Positions 28,848 through 38,696 of a stretch of DNA of 44,329 bases are shown here, piece by piece. The first letter of the stretch is position 1. The number at the start of each line of letters is the position of its first letter. The notes below the pieces were generated by a model. The model was given only the letters and a program-made list of their open reading frames with translations, had not been told where the DNA came from and searched no databases. Position numbers and translations under genes: made by a program. This DNA comes from Thermoplasmata archaeon (GTDB lineage Archaea > Thermoplasmatota > Thermoplasmata > Thermoplasmatales > ARK-15): NCBI GenBank assembly GCA_023261745.1, contig JAGDXR010000026.1, forward strand, positions 1 to 44,329, written 5' to 3'.

Positions 28848-29656
28848 ATTTTTTTTAGATTTTCTTCAACATCCTCCACATATTTTTTAAAAAACTCCCT
28901 GTCCAGATTTTCCATCATCCTGTATCTTCTGGGTACGGATGTTATATCTAAAACTGCTCCTGGCCTGGAAGGATCATCAAGAAAATCCGTTTCCAGGAAA
29001 AATCGTGTACCTTTTTTCATTGCCTCCTTCACATTTTCTCTCGATGAAATTACAGATGGAAATATTCCGAAGTTTTCATCTTCCAGAATGAATGGTGGGC
29101 TAAAATGTTTTATGACCTTCATTTTTTCCATTCCAGCTCTTTCGGCAATTGTAGAGAGTTCGGCAAATAATTCCCTTGTTGCAGATTCGGTATGCAGTAT
29201 AACAGGTATTTTATATTTTGAAGCCTCATGCATTGCATATTCAAGCATTTTATTTGAATAATCCATGATTATCTTTTCTACATGGAAATGCGGTCTTCCA
29301 ATTTCTCCCAAAGCATTTGCTTTATTATCTTTTATATATTCCAAGGCAAGATCTATTGCTTTGATAAACAGATCATAAGCGTTTTCAAATCCCAGTTTCT
29401 CTTCCGATTTAATAAAATCTACAGGATATGGCCCAATCGTTATCAGAACATGGATGTTAAAATTTTCTTTCACCAGTTTTGATATTTTCATTGTTTTTTC
29501 ATATTGTTCCCTGAAATATTCAATATTGTATGGATTGTCCATTTTAGGTAGATTGCATATATTTATAAAATTTCCACCCTCTTTTACAAATCTTTTGACA
29601 GAATTTAAAAAATCGCCATCATAATTCAGATGTAAATGATTATCATAAACAATCAT
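28826..29656 (-). CDS. TatD-related amidohydrolase-superfamily protein
   Basis: DNHLH, GPYP, ALGEIGRPHF, ILHTE, IKHF, LETDFLDDPSRPGAVL. Confidence 0.88.
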   Translation of the reverse strand: MIVYDNHLHLNYDGDFLNSVKRFVKEGGNFINICNLPKMDNPYNIEYFREQYEKTMKISKLVKENFNIHVLITIGPYPVDFIKSEEKLGFENAYDLFIKAIDLALEYIKDNKANALGEIGRPHFHVEKIIMDYSNKMLEYAMHEASKYKIPVILHTESATRELFAELSTIAERAGMEKMKVIKHFSPPFILEDENFGIFPSVISSRENVKEAMKKGTRFFLETDFLDDPSRPGAVLDITSVPRRYRMMENLDREFFKKYVEDVEENLKKIYGIMDL

Positions 29657-29661
29657 AATTT

Positions 29662-30555
29662 TCACCAGTATGGTTCTCTCAAATTCACGGCGATTTTTAA
29701 AGCATTATCAATAAAACCATCCACAAGATTGTCATTTCTGAATATGCATGGCTTGAATTTTCCATCAGGTGTTATTCTTAAACGTGTACAGTTCATGCAG
29801 AAATCATGTTTGAACATTGGTTCAACCAACTCGATTTCCACTTCATTTCCATTAAAATTTATTGTGTAAATTTCCCTGTGGTGTAAAGGTTTCAGTGTTT
29901 TTTTGTATTCATATTTATTTAAAAATTCCCTGACATTGTCCAGATTTTTATGATATTTTTTAAATAATTCCCTGTTAACATCCTCTCTTGATGCTTCAAA
30001 TTCAATGACCTGAAGCGTAAAATCCATATTTGCTGCGAATCCTATCATATCTTTTATTTCTTCATCATTCAAACCATTCAGATATACCATGTTTATTTTC
30101 TTCTTTTTAAATGGTATCCCAGATACCTTCAAAATAGATTTTATTACCATATCATGACTATTCTTCCCTGTAATTTTCCTGTAAATTTCACTTTTCAATG
30201 TGTGCATGCTTATGTTTATTCTTTTCAACCCCGATTCATAAAGATCTTCCGCTATCGAATCTAAACCTATTCCATTGGTTGTCATGCTCACATCTTCAAA
30301 ATATTTTGATGCAATTTTAACGATTTCAATTATATCTTTTCTCTGAAGAGGTTCACCCCCGGTTAATTTTATTGATTTGATACCGAAATCACTTGACTTC
30401 TTAAATAATGTTTCAATTTCCTCAATGGTCAATTCATGTTCAACGGATTTTATTCCTTCTTTGTGACAGTAAAAACAGTTTAGATTACATTGACCTGTTA
30501 CCGAAAAACGAATATAATCTATTCCCCTGTTATATCTATCTACTATTCTTTCCAT
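29662..30555 (-). CDS. moaA: GTP 3',8-cyclase (molybdenum cofactor biosynthesis)
   Basis: DRYNR...RFSVT, CNLNCFYCH, LTGGEPL, MTTNG, FCMNCTRLRITPDGKFKPC, archaeal-type REPYW end. Confidence 0.94.
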   Translation of the reverse strand: MERIVDRYNRGIDYIRFSVTGQCNLNCFYCHKEGIKSVEHELTIEEIETLFKKSSDFGIKSIKLTGGEPLQRKDIIEIVKIASKYFEDVSMTTNGIGLDSIAEDLYESGLKRINISMHTLKSEIYRKITGKNSHDMVIKSILKVSGIPFKKKKINMVYLNGLNDEEIKDMIGFAANMDFTLQVIEFEASREDVNRELFKKYHKNLDNVREFLNKYEYKKTLKPLHHREIYTINFNGNEVEIELVEPMFKHDFCMNCTRLRITPDGKFKPCIFRNDNLVDGFIDNALKIAVNLREPYW

Positions 30556-30664
30556 TTATTTGATCAATGGTAAAATATCACTTTAAATTAATTAATTTTA
30601 TGAAAAGGATATTTTGATTGTCTATATTTATTCATATGAGATTTTTTCACATTCCTTTATTTAT

Positions 30665-31114
30665 CTAAAATTTTGAGTTGTTTTTCTGTTCATTTTTTGT
30701 TTTCATCATTAAAATGGTATCTCCCATTTTTTTGTCAATCCATAGATATTCATCAGGCAATGATATTTTCCAGCCTTCCTTCATCACATTTATTGTAGAT
30801 TGAGAATATTCAAATGCGATTATTTTCAATCTGTAATGTTCTTGACAGAATTTGGAAATCTTTTCAATTAATCGACCTTTTGCATCCACATCACCGGATT
30901 CCGCAGATATCAGTTCAATTGGAATTATTCCGGCCTGCCTGAAAAATTCATCTGGAAGAATGCATGAAAAATTGAATACTATTTTGCCTGCATAATCTTT
31001 CTTATCACCAAAATTCCCCTGCATTCCAAATGTTATCCTGAAATCTACATTTTCCTTTAAAATTACATAAAGCACCTTTTCAAATTTTGTTTCCTCAATA
31101 TTTACAATTTCCAT
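30665..31114 (-). CDS. Hypothetical protein (149 aa)
   Basis: ATG-started ORF filling an intergenic gap; no recognised motif. Confidence 0.6.
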   Translation of the reverse strand: MEIVNIEETKFEKVLYVILKENVDFRITFGMQGNFGDKKDYAGKIVFNFSCILPDEFFRQAGIIPIELISAESGDVDAKGRLIEKISKFCQEHYRLKIIAFEYSQSTINVMKEGWKISLPDEYLWIDKKMGDTILMMKTKNEQKNNSKF

Positions 31115-31216
31115 GTTGATAAAATAAAAACAATATGAAAATAAATTTTATTTTCTATATCATAAATTAAACCATATTATGAAAAATTTATTAAATCGAT
31201 AAAAATTTTAAAATGG

Positions 31217-31846
31217 ATGAAGGATGTCGAAGAATTAATATTGAAAATAAATGAAATAAAACCAGAAATAAATGGAGTTGTCAGAGAAAGATTGGAAAAA
31301 TTCAGATCATTTGAAAAACTTGATGATAAATTCTGGTTCAGTGAACTGGTATTCTGTATTTTAACCGCAAATACATCTGCCGAAATGGGAATAAAAATTC
31401 AGAATTCTATTTCCCCTGAAGAATTTGCCTCACTCAGCTACGAAGAGTTAAGGGATAGATTGAAGAGTTTAAAATATAGATTTTATAATACCAGGGCAAG
31501 ATACATATACGAAAATCAGATTTATGCAGGCAGGATTAAAGATACCGTTAAAAGTCTGGAAAAGGATGAGAAAAGAAATTGGCTGATAAAAAACATAAAG
31601 GGTTTTGGTTTTAAGGAATCTTCCCATTTTCTCAGGAATGTGGGATTTTTTGATTATGCAATTATAGATAAACACATTTTTAATTTAATGAGAGAGTATA
31701 ATTTAACAGATGATATTAAAATAAATTCAAAAAATTACATCATTCTCGAGGGCATTCTCAGGGATTTATCAAAAATTTTTTCGATGTCTCTCGGAGAATT
31801 GGATCTTTATCTGTGGTATTTAAAAACTGGAAAGGTTCTCAAGTGA
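31217..31846 (+). CDS. ogg: 8-oxoguanine DNA glycosylase/AP lyase (Ogg2 type)
   Basis: FSELVFCILTANTSA, YRFYNTRARYI, IKGFGFKESSHFLRNVG, AIIDKH, LDLYLWYLKTGKVLK. Confidence 0.94.
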   Translation: MKDVEELILKINEIKPEINGVVRERLEKFRSFEKLDDKFWFSELVFCILTANTSAEMGIKIQNSISPEEFASLSYEELRDRLKSLKYRFYNTRARYIYENQIYAGRIKDTVKSLEKDEKRNWLIKNIKGFGFKESSHFLRNVGFFDYAIIDKHIFNLMREYNLTDDIKINSKNYIILEGILRDLSKIFSMSLGELDLYLWYLKTGKVLK

Positions 31847-32332
31847 TTCAGCGTATCTGAGGTCTTCAACTGTATTGATATTTATACCCAGAAGATAATC
31901 GTTAAAAATGTAAATGCTGTGAATATTTCTGTCGCTTACAACATTTATACCTGTGTAAAGAAAATAATTTTTTCTCTTGACCATACCACTCATGGAACCA
32001 CCATGATATGATGATAAAAATTCCTCTATATGTGATGGTTTTAAGAATGGAAGATCGGATGATACGGTCAAAAAAGATTTTTCAAAATTTTTCATAATAA
32101 ATGAAACATCAAAACAGTAACCCTCACCGGGAGTTTCAATGTAATCATAATGTTCTTTAACGTATTTTTGAGTTTCCGGGGCGTTGTTAGAGACTGCGAC
32201 CAGACATTTATTCCTTGATTCCATAACGGATCTGCAGGCTATATCGATTAACCTTTCTCCCCTAAATTTTACCAACATTTTTTCCTTTCCGAACCTTGAA
32301 CTCTTTCCTCCAGCCATTACAATACCAAGCAT
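31820..32332 (-). CDS. cobY: Adenosylcobinamide-phosphate guanylyltransferase (archaeal)
   Basis: MAGGKSSRFG.EK, ETPGEGY, SSDLP, NINTVEDL; overlaps cobS. Confidence 0.85.
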   Translation of the reverse strand: MLGIVMAGGKSSRFGKEKMLVKFRGERLIDIACRSVMESRNKCLVAVSNNAPETQKYVKEHYDYIETPGEGYCFDVSFIMKNFEKSFLTVSSDLPFLKPSHIEEFLSSYHGGSMSGMVKRKNYFLYTGINVVSDRNIHSIYIFNDYLLGININTVEDLRYAESLENLSSF

Positions 32333-33033
32333 AATATCACCATCGTTATTGACCTGGATATTTCATTCATTGCTCCTATCACATCACCATTTACAAAACC
32401 GAAATTGTTTAGGGATATATATTTTATAATTATTGAAATTATTATTCCAGTAAATGAAATCAGATAAATATAACCGAAAATAAAATAAAAAGGGGAAGTG
32501 TATAAAATTCCAATTATAATATAATAAGGTTTAAAATTTTTAAAGAATATTTCACCTAGTCCACCAGGATAATATTTTTCCCACAAACCAAAAAACATTG
32601 AAAATTTTGCTGAAAGTTCAGAAATTATAAAAAAAGCAAAAATGCTGTAATAATTCAATTTCAATGTAAATATGGAAAATATTTCTATTATTATTACCGA
32701 AACAACAGAAAATGTTCCTGCAATACCCGTATTCACATCTTTCAAAGCCCTTATCTTTTTTTCTCTGTCCCCCTTAACCATGATACCATCAGAAAAATCT
32801 GCCAGACCGTCAAGATGTAATAAACCAAGGATAAGATAGATTAAAATAACCATAAAAACAGAAAAAATTGGTTTGGGGAGGAAATCCAAAACTATGCCAA
32901 GAAGTGAAAATATTATTCCAAATATGATTCCAATCAATGGAATAAGATAAGAAACTTCCGCGGCCTTTTTAATATCATTTTTACCCGGAATTTTAGAAAA
33001 AAAACCCATCAATGATGAAAACGAATCAAACAT
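32317..33033 (-). CDS. cobS: Cobalamin (5'-phosphate) synthase
   Basis: FFSKIP, GLLHLDGLADFSDG, ALKDVNTG, GLG, FGFVNGDVIGAMNE; likely start ATG 33033 (MFDSFSSL). Confidence 0.92.
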   Translation of the reverse strand: MFDSFSSLMGFFSKIPGKNDIKKAAEVSYLIPLIGIIFGIIFSLLGIVLDFLPKPIFSVFMVILIYLILGLLHLDGLADFSDGIMVKGDREKKIRALKDVNTGIAGTFSVVSVIIIEIFSIFTLKLNYYSIFAFFIISELSAKFSMFFGLWEKYYPGGLGEIFFKNFKPYYIIIGILYTSPFYFIFGYIYLISFTGIIISIIIKYISLNNFGFVNGDVIGAMNEISRSITMVILCLVL

Positions 33034-33234
33034 TAAAGGGATTAAAACATTTGAGATAAATAACATTTCTTTGGAAAAAATACCAGAAAAATTTATTAGG
33101 TTTAAAATATTTCTAATAATTATAAGAAAAATTTGAAAGGAGGTGAAAATATAGAAAATCACAGGTACTATTCAAAGAGATTCTGGGTAAGGTAAAGATT
33201 AAAATATAATTTAATATTTTAAATTTTGATTTAT

Positions 33235-34200
33235 ATGTTTATTTTGGTCATTTCAAATACGATGGTTTCGCAGATACCGGGAATTACCGTGGCTGGTGCT
33301 AATGATGAACTCATAAAATACACTCCAGTAGCGGATGCAGAATTTTTGTTTTATTCAAAACCGATTTCTATAGATGCAATTCCTGTAACCCCCGAAGGCC
33401 ATCCAACCCCCGCAATAATAACGAAGGCCGTGAAAAGTTTGACTGATTTCCCCCTGATAGTGGTCCGGTCAGGTACCATGTTGCCTCCAAGGATCCCACA
33501 TGTATTTATTCATGACAAACCTGGAGAAAATATAACTGAAAGGGATGCCCTACCAGAACTGGATGAAATACTTGAAAGGTCAGAAATACTTGGGCAGGAA
33601 TTCACAAAGCTTTTCAATGAAGTTTACATAGCAGAAAGTCTCCCTGGGGGTACAACTACTTCTCTTGCCGTCCTCAGGGCCCTTGGTTATGAATCAAGGG
33701 TTTCTTCTTCAATGAAAGATAATCCTCTGGAACTGAAAAACAGGGTTGTTGATATGGCTCTGAATAGAAAAAAACCTAGGAGCTGGTATGATGTTTTGAA
33801 GTCTTTCGGAGACCCAATGATGGCTTTTATAGTTGGCTTTTCACATGGATTCAGAAATGACATTTACCTTTTCGGAGGTACACAGATGCTCGGGGTTTCA
33901 GCATTATTGAAAGAAACTGGAAAGATCCCGAGGAAGATTGTAACTACAAAATATATAATCGAAGACAAAATTGCAACTTTTGCAAAAACTGCAAAAGAAA
34001 TTGGTGTTGAATATTATCCCTCTTACATTGATTTTTCAGATTCAAAATTTACTGGTCTAAGGGATTATGAAAAGGGAATTGTAAAGGAGGGGGTTGGTGC
34101 AGGCGGTTCCGTATATCTGGCGGAAAAATATGGTATTAAATGGGAAGAAATAAAAAATAAAGTTGAGGAAATTTATGAAAACCTCATTAAAAATAGATAA
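33235..34200 (+). CDS. cobT: Nicotinate mononucleotide:base phosphoribosyltransferase (archaeal CobT)
   Basis: IPGITVAGA, YTPVADAE, PTPAIIT, ESLPGGTTT, SSSM, GDPMM, GGTQM, YEKGIVKEGVGAGG. Confidence 0.9.
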   Translation: MFILVISNTMVSQIPGITVAGANDELIKYTPVADAEFLFYSKPISIDAIPVTPEGHPTPAIITKAVKSLTDFPLIVVRSGTMLPPRIPHVFIHDKPGENITERDALPELDEILERSEILGQEFTKLFNEVYIAESLPGGTTTSLAVLRALGYESRVSSSMKDNPLELKNRVVDMALNRKKPRSWYDVLKSFGDPMMAFIVGFSHGFRNDIYLFGGTQMLGVSALLKETGKIPRKIVTTKYIIEDKIATFAKTAKEIGVEYYPSYIDFSDSKFTGLRDYEKGIVKEGVGAGGSVYLAEKYGIKWEEIKNKVEEIYENLIKNR

Positions 34201-34759
34201 GGGTCTGGTTTACGGGACTTTTGGAATTGAACTCTATTCATTATCATCTTCGGTATTCAGCGGACATCTTGGCTACAGAAAAGGATTTTATATTAAGGGT
34301 ATAGATGAATATGTTGAAAATTTTAATGATATGCATGTTGGAATTTTGAGAGAATTAAATCTCAAGAAATATACTGGTTTTTTTACAATGGCCAAAATAC
34401 CTGAAAATTTTTTTTATTCCAATTCTGACAATATAGAGATTTTCATGAGCATGGGCATTTCTCACGTATGTTTTCCTGGTGAGGAATGTCATGAAAGGGG
34501 TACGGTAAATATCATCATTGCTGTTTATAGAGAACTTAAAATTTCAGCCGCTGTCGATATCATTAGCATGGTCTCTTCAATTAAAGCATATTATTTATGC
34601 AAAAATGGTATGGGATATGCAACACCTTCAGACGCAATAATGGTATCATTTATGAAGGGGGATAATATAGAATTTGCAGGCCCATCAACCAGTCTTGGTT
34701 TGAATATATCCAGGATACTTTCTTTAATGTTTGAAAAATATTTCAACGGATATCATTGA
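34175..34759 (+). CDS. cbiZ: Adenosylcobinamide amidohydrolase (short, divergent)
   Basis: LSSS...G, TGFFTMA, GTVNIII, IKA, ATPSDA, FAGPSTSLG; located within the cob cluster. Confidence 0.75.
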   Translation: MKTSLKIDKGLVYGTFGIELYSLSSSVFSGHLGYRKGFYIKGIDEYVENFNDMHVGILRELNLKKYTGFFTMAKIPENFFYSNSDNIEIFMSMGISHVCFPGEECHERGTVNIIIAVYRELKISAAVDIISMVSSIKAYYLCKNGMGYATPSDAIMVSFMKGDNIEFAGPSTSLGLNISRILSLMFEKYFNGYH

Positions 34760-36180
34760 TTTTCCATAAGCTCTATTATTCTTTCCATATTTACATTCTT
34801 TTCAACATTTTCCGAAATCTTTTCTATTATCTCTTCTATGCTATAATTTATTTGAATGCTATCATCAAACATCTTCATCAGATTTTCTGTAAATTTCTGG
34901 TTTGCAAATATATCGTGTATATAGGTTCCTATGGCATTGTTCCCAACTGAACCGTCAAACCTCTTTACTGGTATCATGTTCTCTTTATTTACAATGCTGA
35001 AAGGGTTGTTTGATTCTGTTAATCCCAGATGTATCTCATATCCCCTAACAATGCTTTTCATCTTTTCATGGAGTACTTCAGCCTCCACCATGGATACCTT
35101 TTTTTCATTGTTAAATAACGTCTTTGTATCTAGGATATTCATACCTTCTATTTCCCCCGCCCTGGATTCAACATTATCTATTATCTTTTTACCCATCATC
35201 TGATATCCTCCACATATTCCGATTACAAAGGTTCCATCTTTGTGTAGTTCCTTTATTCTATCCTCAATACCATTTTCCCTCATGTATCTCAGATCATCTA
35301 TTGTCCTCTTGGAACCTGGAATTATTATAACATCCGGATCCTTTATATCCTCTGCATTTTCAGCAAAACTTATACCCGCATCCTTAATGTAATAGAAAGG
35401 ATGGAAATCGGTTGAATTTGCCATGTATGGGAATTTTATAACCGTAAAATTCACCCTTCCGTTTTTCCATCTGAAATCAAACATGCTATCTTCCATAGGT
35501 ATGAAACTGTCCATATACGGGACCGTGCCAAGGTGCTCAATGTTGAATTTTTCCCTCATAAAATTTATTGCAGGATTGAGAAGCCTCTCATCGCCCCTGA
35601 ATTTATTTAAAATGTATCCATGAAATTTTATTTCATTTGCCAGCATTATTGTACCTGCAATCTGAGCAAATGACCCGCCCACATCGATATTGGATGCAAG
35701 AATATTTACAGAATCTATGGCCCTGGCCAGAACCCTGTTTGGAAGATCGTATTCTATGTTTATTTCAGCCGGAGAGCCTGCACCTTCAATTATTACGATA
35801 TCGTTCTTCTCTTTAAGAGCCTTTAAACTTTCATATGCATAATTGAAAAATATATCCTTTTTTGATTTAAAATATTCATAACCGTCGATTTTTCCATAAA
35901 ATTTACCCATTAGAATCGTGTGCAACCCATCTTTTTCAGGCTTAAGCAAAATGGGGTTCATCCTTGCATCTGGTATATTCCTTGAAGCTATGGCCTGTAT
36001 ATACTGGGCATACGCGATCTCCCCATTTATTGCTGCCGCGGAATTCAATGACATGTTCTGGGCTTTGAAAGGAGCTACTTTGAAGCCCATGTTTGAAAAT
36101 ATTCTCGCGAAAGCAGTGGTTAAAGTGCTTTTACCTGCCCCTGACATTGTTCCCATGATGAATAAAGGTTTAATGGCCAT
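34753..36180 (-). CDS. cobQ: Cobyric acid synthase
   Basis: GTMSGAGKS, PFKAQNMSLNS, MNPILLKP, IEGAGSPAEIN, NKFRGD, IPGSK, GICGGYQM, GYEIH, GTYIH. Confidence 0.95.
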   Translation of the reverse strand: MAIKPLFIMGTMSGAGKSTLTTAFARIFSNMGFKVAPFKAQNMSLNSAAAINGEIAYAQYIQAIASRNIPDARMNPILLKPEKDGLHTILMGKFYGKIDGYEYFKSKKDIFFNYAYESLKALKEKNDIVIIEGAGSPAEINIEYDLPNRVLARAIDSVNILASNIDVGGSFAQIAGTIMLANEIKFHGYILNKFRGDERLLNPAINFMREKFNIEHLGTVPYMDSFIPMEDSMFDFRWKNGRVNFTVIKFPYMANSTDFHPFYYIKDAGISFAENAEDIKDPDVIIIPGSKRTIDDLRYMRENGIEDRIKELHKDGTFVIGICGGYQMMGKKIIDNVESRAGEIEGMNILDTKTLFNNEKKVSMVEAEVLHEKMKSIVRGYEIHLGLTESNNPFSIVNKENMIPVKRFDGSVGNNAIGTYIHDIFANQKFTENLMKMFDDSIQINYSIEEIIEKISENVEKNVNMERIIELMENQ

Positions 36181-37138
36181 ATTTTATCCCCTCATGATTT
36201 CTTATATCCGTCCCTTTTAATAAATTTATCAATAGATCATTTTCTTCCCTTTTTCTTATGGAGAATCTAATGTATCCCTTTAGACCAAAGGATTCACAGT
36301 TCCTTACCAGTATATTGTTATTTTTTAGATGATGGTAAATGTCAATCATTGGGGATTTGACAAGAAAGAAATTCGCATCAGACTTTATACCGAGAGTTTT
36401 CTCAATCCTTTTCTTTTCATCCCTAATTAATTTTACTGTTTCATCAACAAATGAATAATTTTTGATTGCATATTCTGTAAATACACATCCCGTGATTCCG
36501 GTTGACCATGGAATGGAAAATTCTCTCATCCTTTCAATGTATTTCTTTTTACCGAATGCATATCCTGCACGGATTCCTGGAACACCAAACTGCTTAGTCA
36601 GACTCCTCAGTACAATCATGTTTTCAGAATAGTTATTTTTTATTATGTCTGAAAAGTCTATGTAGGCCTCATCCAATATTACTATTGAATTTTTCCTTTC
36701 TGCCTGTATAACAATATCATCAACATCCATGTATTTGCCCGTGGGATTGTTTGGATTTGATATGAATACTATTGAATCCTTCTCAATCAATTCCGATGGA
36801 TAAGGATCAATATTCCTTACAATTTCCTTTTTCATGCCGAATAGATCTGATATTCTTTCATATTCTTTGTAAGTAACTTCCATCATTCTTGACTTTTTGC
36901 CTGAAAATGCATATCCTATTTGATAAAGCAGTTCAGTTATCCCGGCAGAGAAAATCACGGAACCGTCAATTTTGAACTTCTCCTTTATCATATCCTCAAT
37001 ATAATCACAATATGGATATCTTGTATAATCAAATTTTATTTCATCAAGAAATTCAGCTCTGTAAGGATTTATGTTTGTGGAGAAGTCAATCATCTTGTAT
37101 TCATAAGGCCTTGCACCACCATGGTAAATTGAGGACAT
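36170..37138 (-). CDS. cobD: L-threonine-O-3-phosphate decarboxylase
   Basis: HGG, DFSTNINP, YP, SNPNNPTG, LDEAYIDF, RSLTKQFGVPGIRAGY, ILVRNCESF; between cbiB and cobQ. Confidence 0.87.
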   Translation of the reverse strand: MSSIYHGGARPYEYKMIDFSTNINPYRAEFLDEIKFDYTRYPYCDYIEDMIKEKFKIDGSVIFSAGITELLYQIGYAFSGKKSRMMEVTYKEYERISDLFGMKKEIVRNIDPYPSELIEKDSIVFISNPNNPTGKYMDVDDIVIQAERKNSIVILDEAYIDFSDIIKNNYSENMIVLRSLTKQFGVPGIRAGYAFGKKKYIERMREFSIPWSTGITGCVFTEYAIKNYSFVDETVKLIRDEKKRIEKTLGIKSDANFFLVKSPMIDIYHHLKNNNILVRNCESFGLKGYIRFSIRKREENDLLINLLKGTDIRNHEGIKYGH

Positions 37139-38000
37139 ATATCATCACCCCTGTAATGATTACAATTGTATATGATATAATAACTGTAATTCTGAGGGCC
37201 CTTAATAAATCATTTTTTCCTGGCAATGGACCATAATCAACCCTGTAATAACCAATTTTTTCCAGTGTTCTCTGTAGTATGGCGGCCATCGGTGCCATGG
37301 TATACATCCCATTTATCTTTATTTTCCTGTATTTTGCAAGGGAATCCTTCACCCGGTGGAATGAAAATGGGAAAAATAACAGGGATGTAAGCCTTGCAGG
37401 AATGAAATTCATGACATCGTCTAACCTGGCTGCAAATTTCCCAAAATAAAAATACCTTTCATTTTTGTAACCTATCATGGAATCAAGGGTATTTATAATT
37501 CTGTAAAAAAATGCGCCTGGAATTCCAAAAATGAGGAAATAGAACATTGGGCCAGAAATTGAATCGGTAATCGATTCTGCTGAACTCTCAATGGCTGCAG
37601 AATAAAGGTGTCCTTTATCAAGATTTTCTGTTTTTCTTCCAACAATCTTAGACACATTCTGTCTTAGTGATCTTTCATCATCGGTATAACATGATTTTAC
37701 ATGCCTATAAAGTGAACCTATGGAAAATGTAGATTTGAAGATATAAACATCCATGATTATTTTCAAATATATATTAAATTGAATGCATTCCAAATATATC
37801 AAAGGAGTCAAAAAAATTGTTATTGTCAGGATGGAAAAAACGGTGCCGTAAAATATATCAATTCCCCCCTTCCTTATATATTTTTTATCAAAAAAGTTTA
37901 TGGTTCTACCTATCCAGACTACGGGATGAATCACTGAGGGATATTCCCCTATGAGATCCATTATTATGGATGCTATGAATACAATTACTATGAGATTCAT
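37101..38000 (-). CDS. cbiB: Adenosylcobinamide-phosphate synthase
   Basis: GEYP..IHPVVWIG, IVGRKT, SAAIESSAESITDS, YRIINTLDSMIGY, GKFAARLDDVMNFIPARL. Confidence 0.94.
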   Translation of the reverse strand: MNLIVIVFIASIIMDLIGEYPSVIHPVVWIGRTINFFDKKYIRKGGIDIFYGTVFSILTITIFLTPLIYLECIQFNIYLKIIMDVYIFKSTFSIGSLYRHVKSCYTDDERSLRQNVSKIVGRKTENLDKGHLYSAAIESSAESITDSISGPMFYFLIFGIPGAFFYRIINTLDSMIGYKNERYFYFGKFAARLDDVMNFIPARLTSLLFFPFSFHRVKDSLAKYRKIKINGMYTMAPMAAILQRTLEKIGYYRVDYGPLPGKNDLLRALRITVIISYTIVIITGVMIYVLNLPWWCKAL

Positions 38001-38695
38001 GGGTATACCTGCACTGCCCTCTTTTCTTTTGATTTAATTCTGAATGCTCTGACATTCATTTTTTCATTTATGTATTTTATGCATGAATCAACATCATTTT
38101 CATCAGGTCTTGGAAATCTTGGAGATACTTCAATCATCATATCAATCCTTAAAACTGGATTTTTTAAAAATTTGGAAATATATTCTGATATTTCTATTGC
38201 ATTCTGGCATCCAATTATGGGCTCTGAATATACCGTTTCAAATGAGAATTTTTCATTGACCAATTTTTCAAGATTTTCAAGAGATTTTTTATTGTCCCTG
38301 CCGGTTATATCTATATTTTTTTTGGAATCAAGAGTTTTTATTGAAAATGCTATTCTATCAGCCAGATATACAATCTTCTCATTCAGGTTTTCACCATTTG
38401 TAAGAATATTTATTTTAATCCCATTTTTCTTAAGTAATTCCATTAAATCAATCAGGGATGGGTCAATTGTGGGTTCACCGCCTCCAAGAAATACTTCATT
38501 TATTCCATTATCCTTTAATATTTTTAAAATTTCGTCCGTGGAGAGAAATCTTATACGCCTTGTTTCAATCTTTTCTGCGTGAATATCATATTTTGATTTT
38601 TTTAAAATACAGAATTCACAATCCCAGTTGCATCCATAAAAAAATAGGTAGGAGGAAAGATCTGGAAATTTTGTTATATGATAAACATGGGTCAT
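37997..38695 (-). CDS. Radical SAM protein (activating-enzyme-like, 232 aa), function unknown
   Basis: FYGCNWDCEFC (CxxxCxxC), FLGGGEPT, LTNG, SIK. Confidence 0.88.
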   Translation of the reverse strand: MTHVYHITKFPDLSSYLFFYGCNWDCEFCILKKSKYDIHAEKIETRRIRFLSTDEILKILKDNGINEVFLGGGEPTIDPSLIDLMELLKKNGIKINILTNGENLNEKIVYLADRIAFSIKTLDSKKNIDITGRDNKKSLENLEKLVNEKFSFETVYSEPIIGCQNAIEISEYISKFLKNPVLRIDMMIEVSPRFPRPDENDVDSCIKYINEKMNVRAFRIKSKEKRAVQVYP

Positions 38696-38696
38696 C

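Noticed and set aside
29662..29700. MoaA lacking the C-terminal GG motif
   Set aside because: A REPY-type ending is normal for archaeal MoaA.
33034..33162. N-terminal extension of CobS in the ORF track
   Set aside because: AT-rich promoter DNA that happens to be open; CobS similarity starts near ATG 33033.
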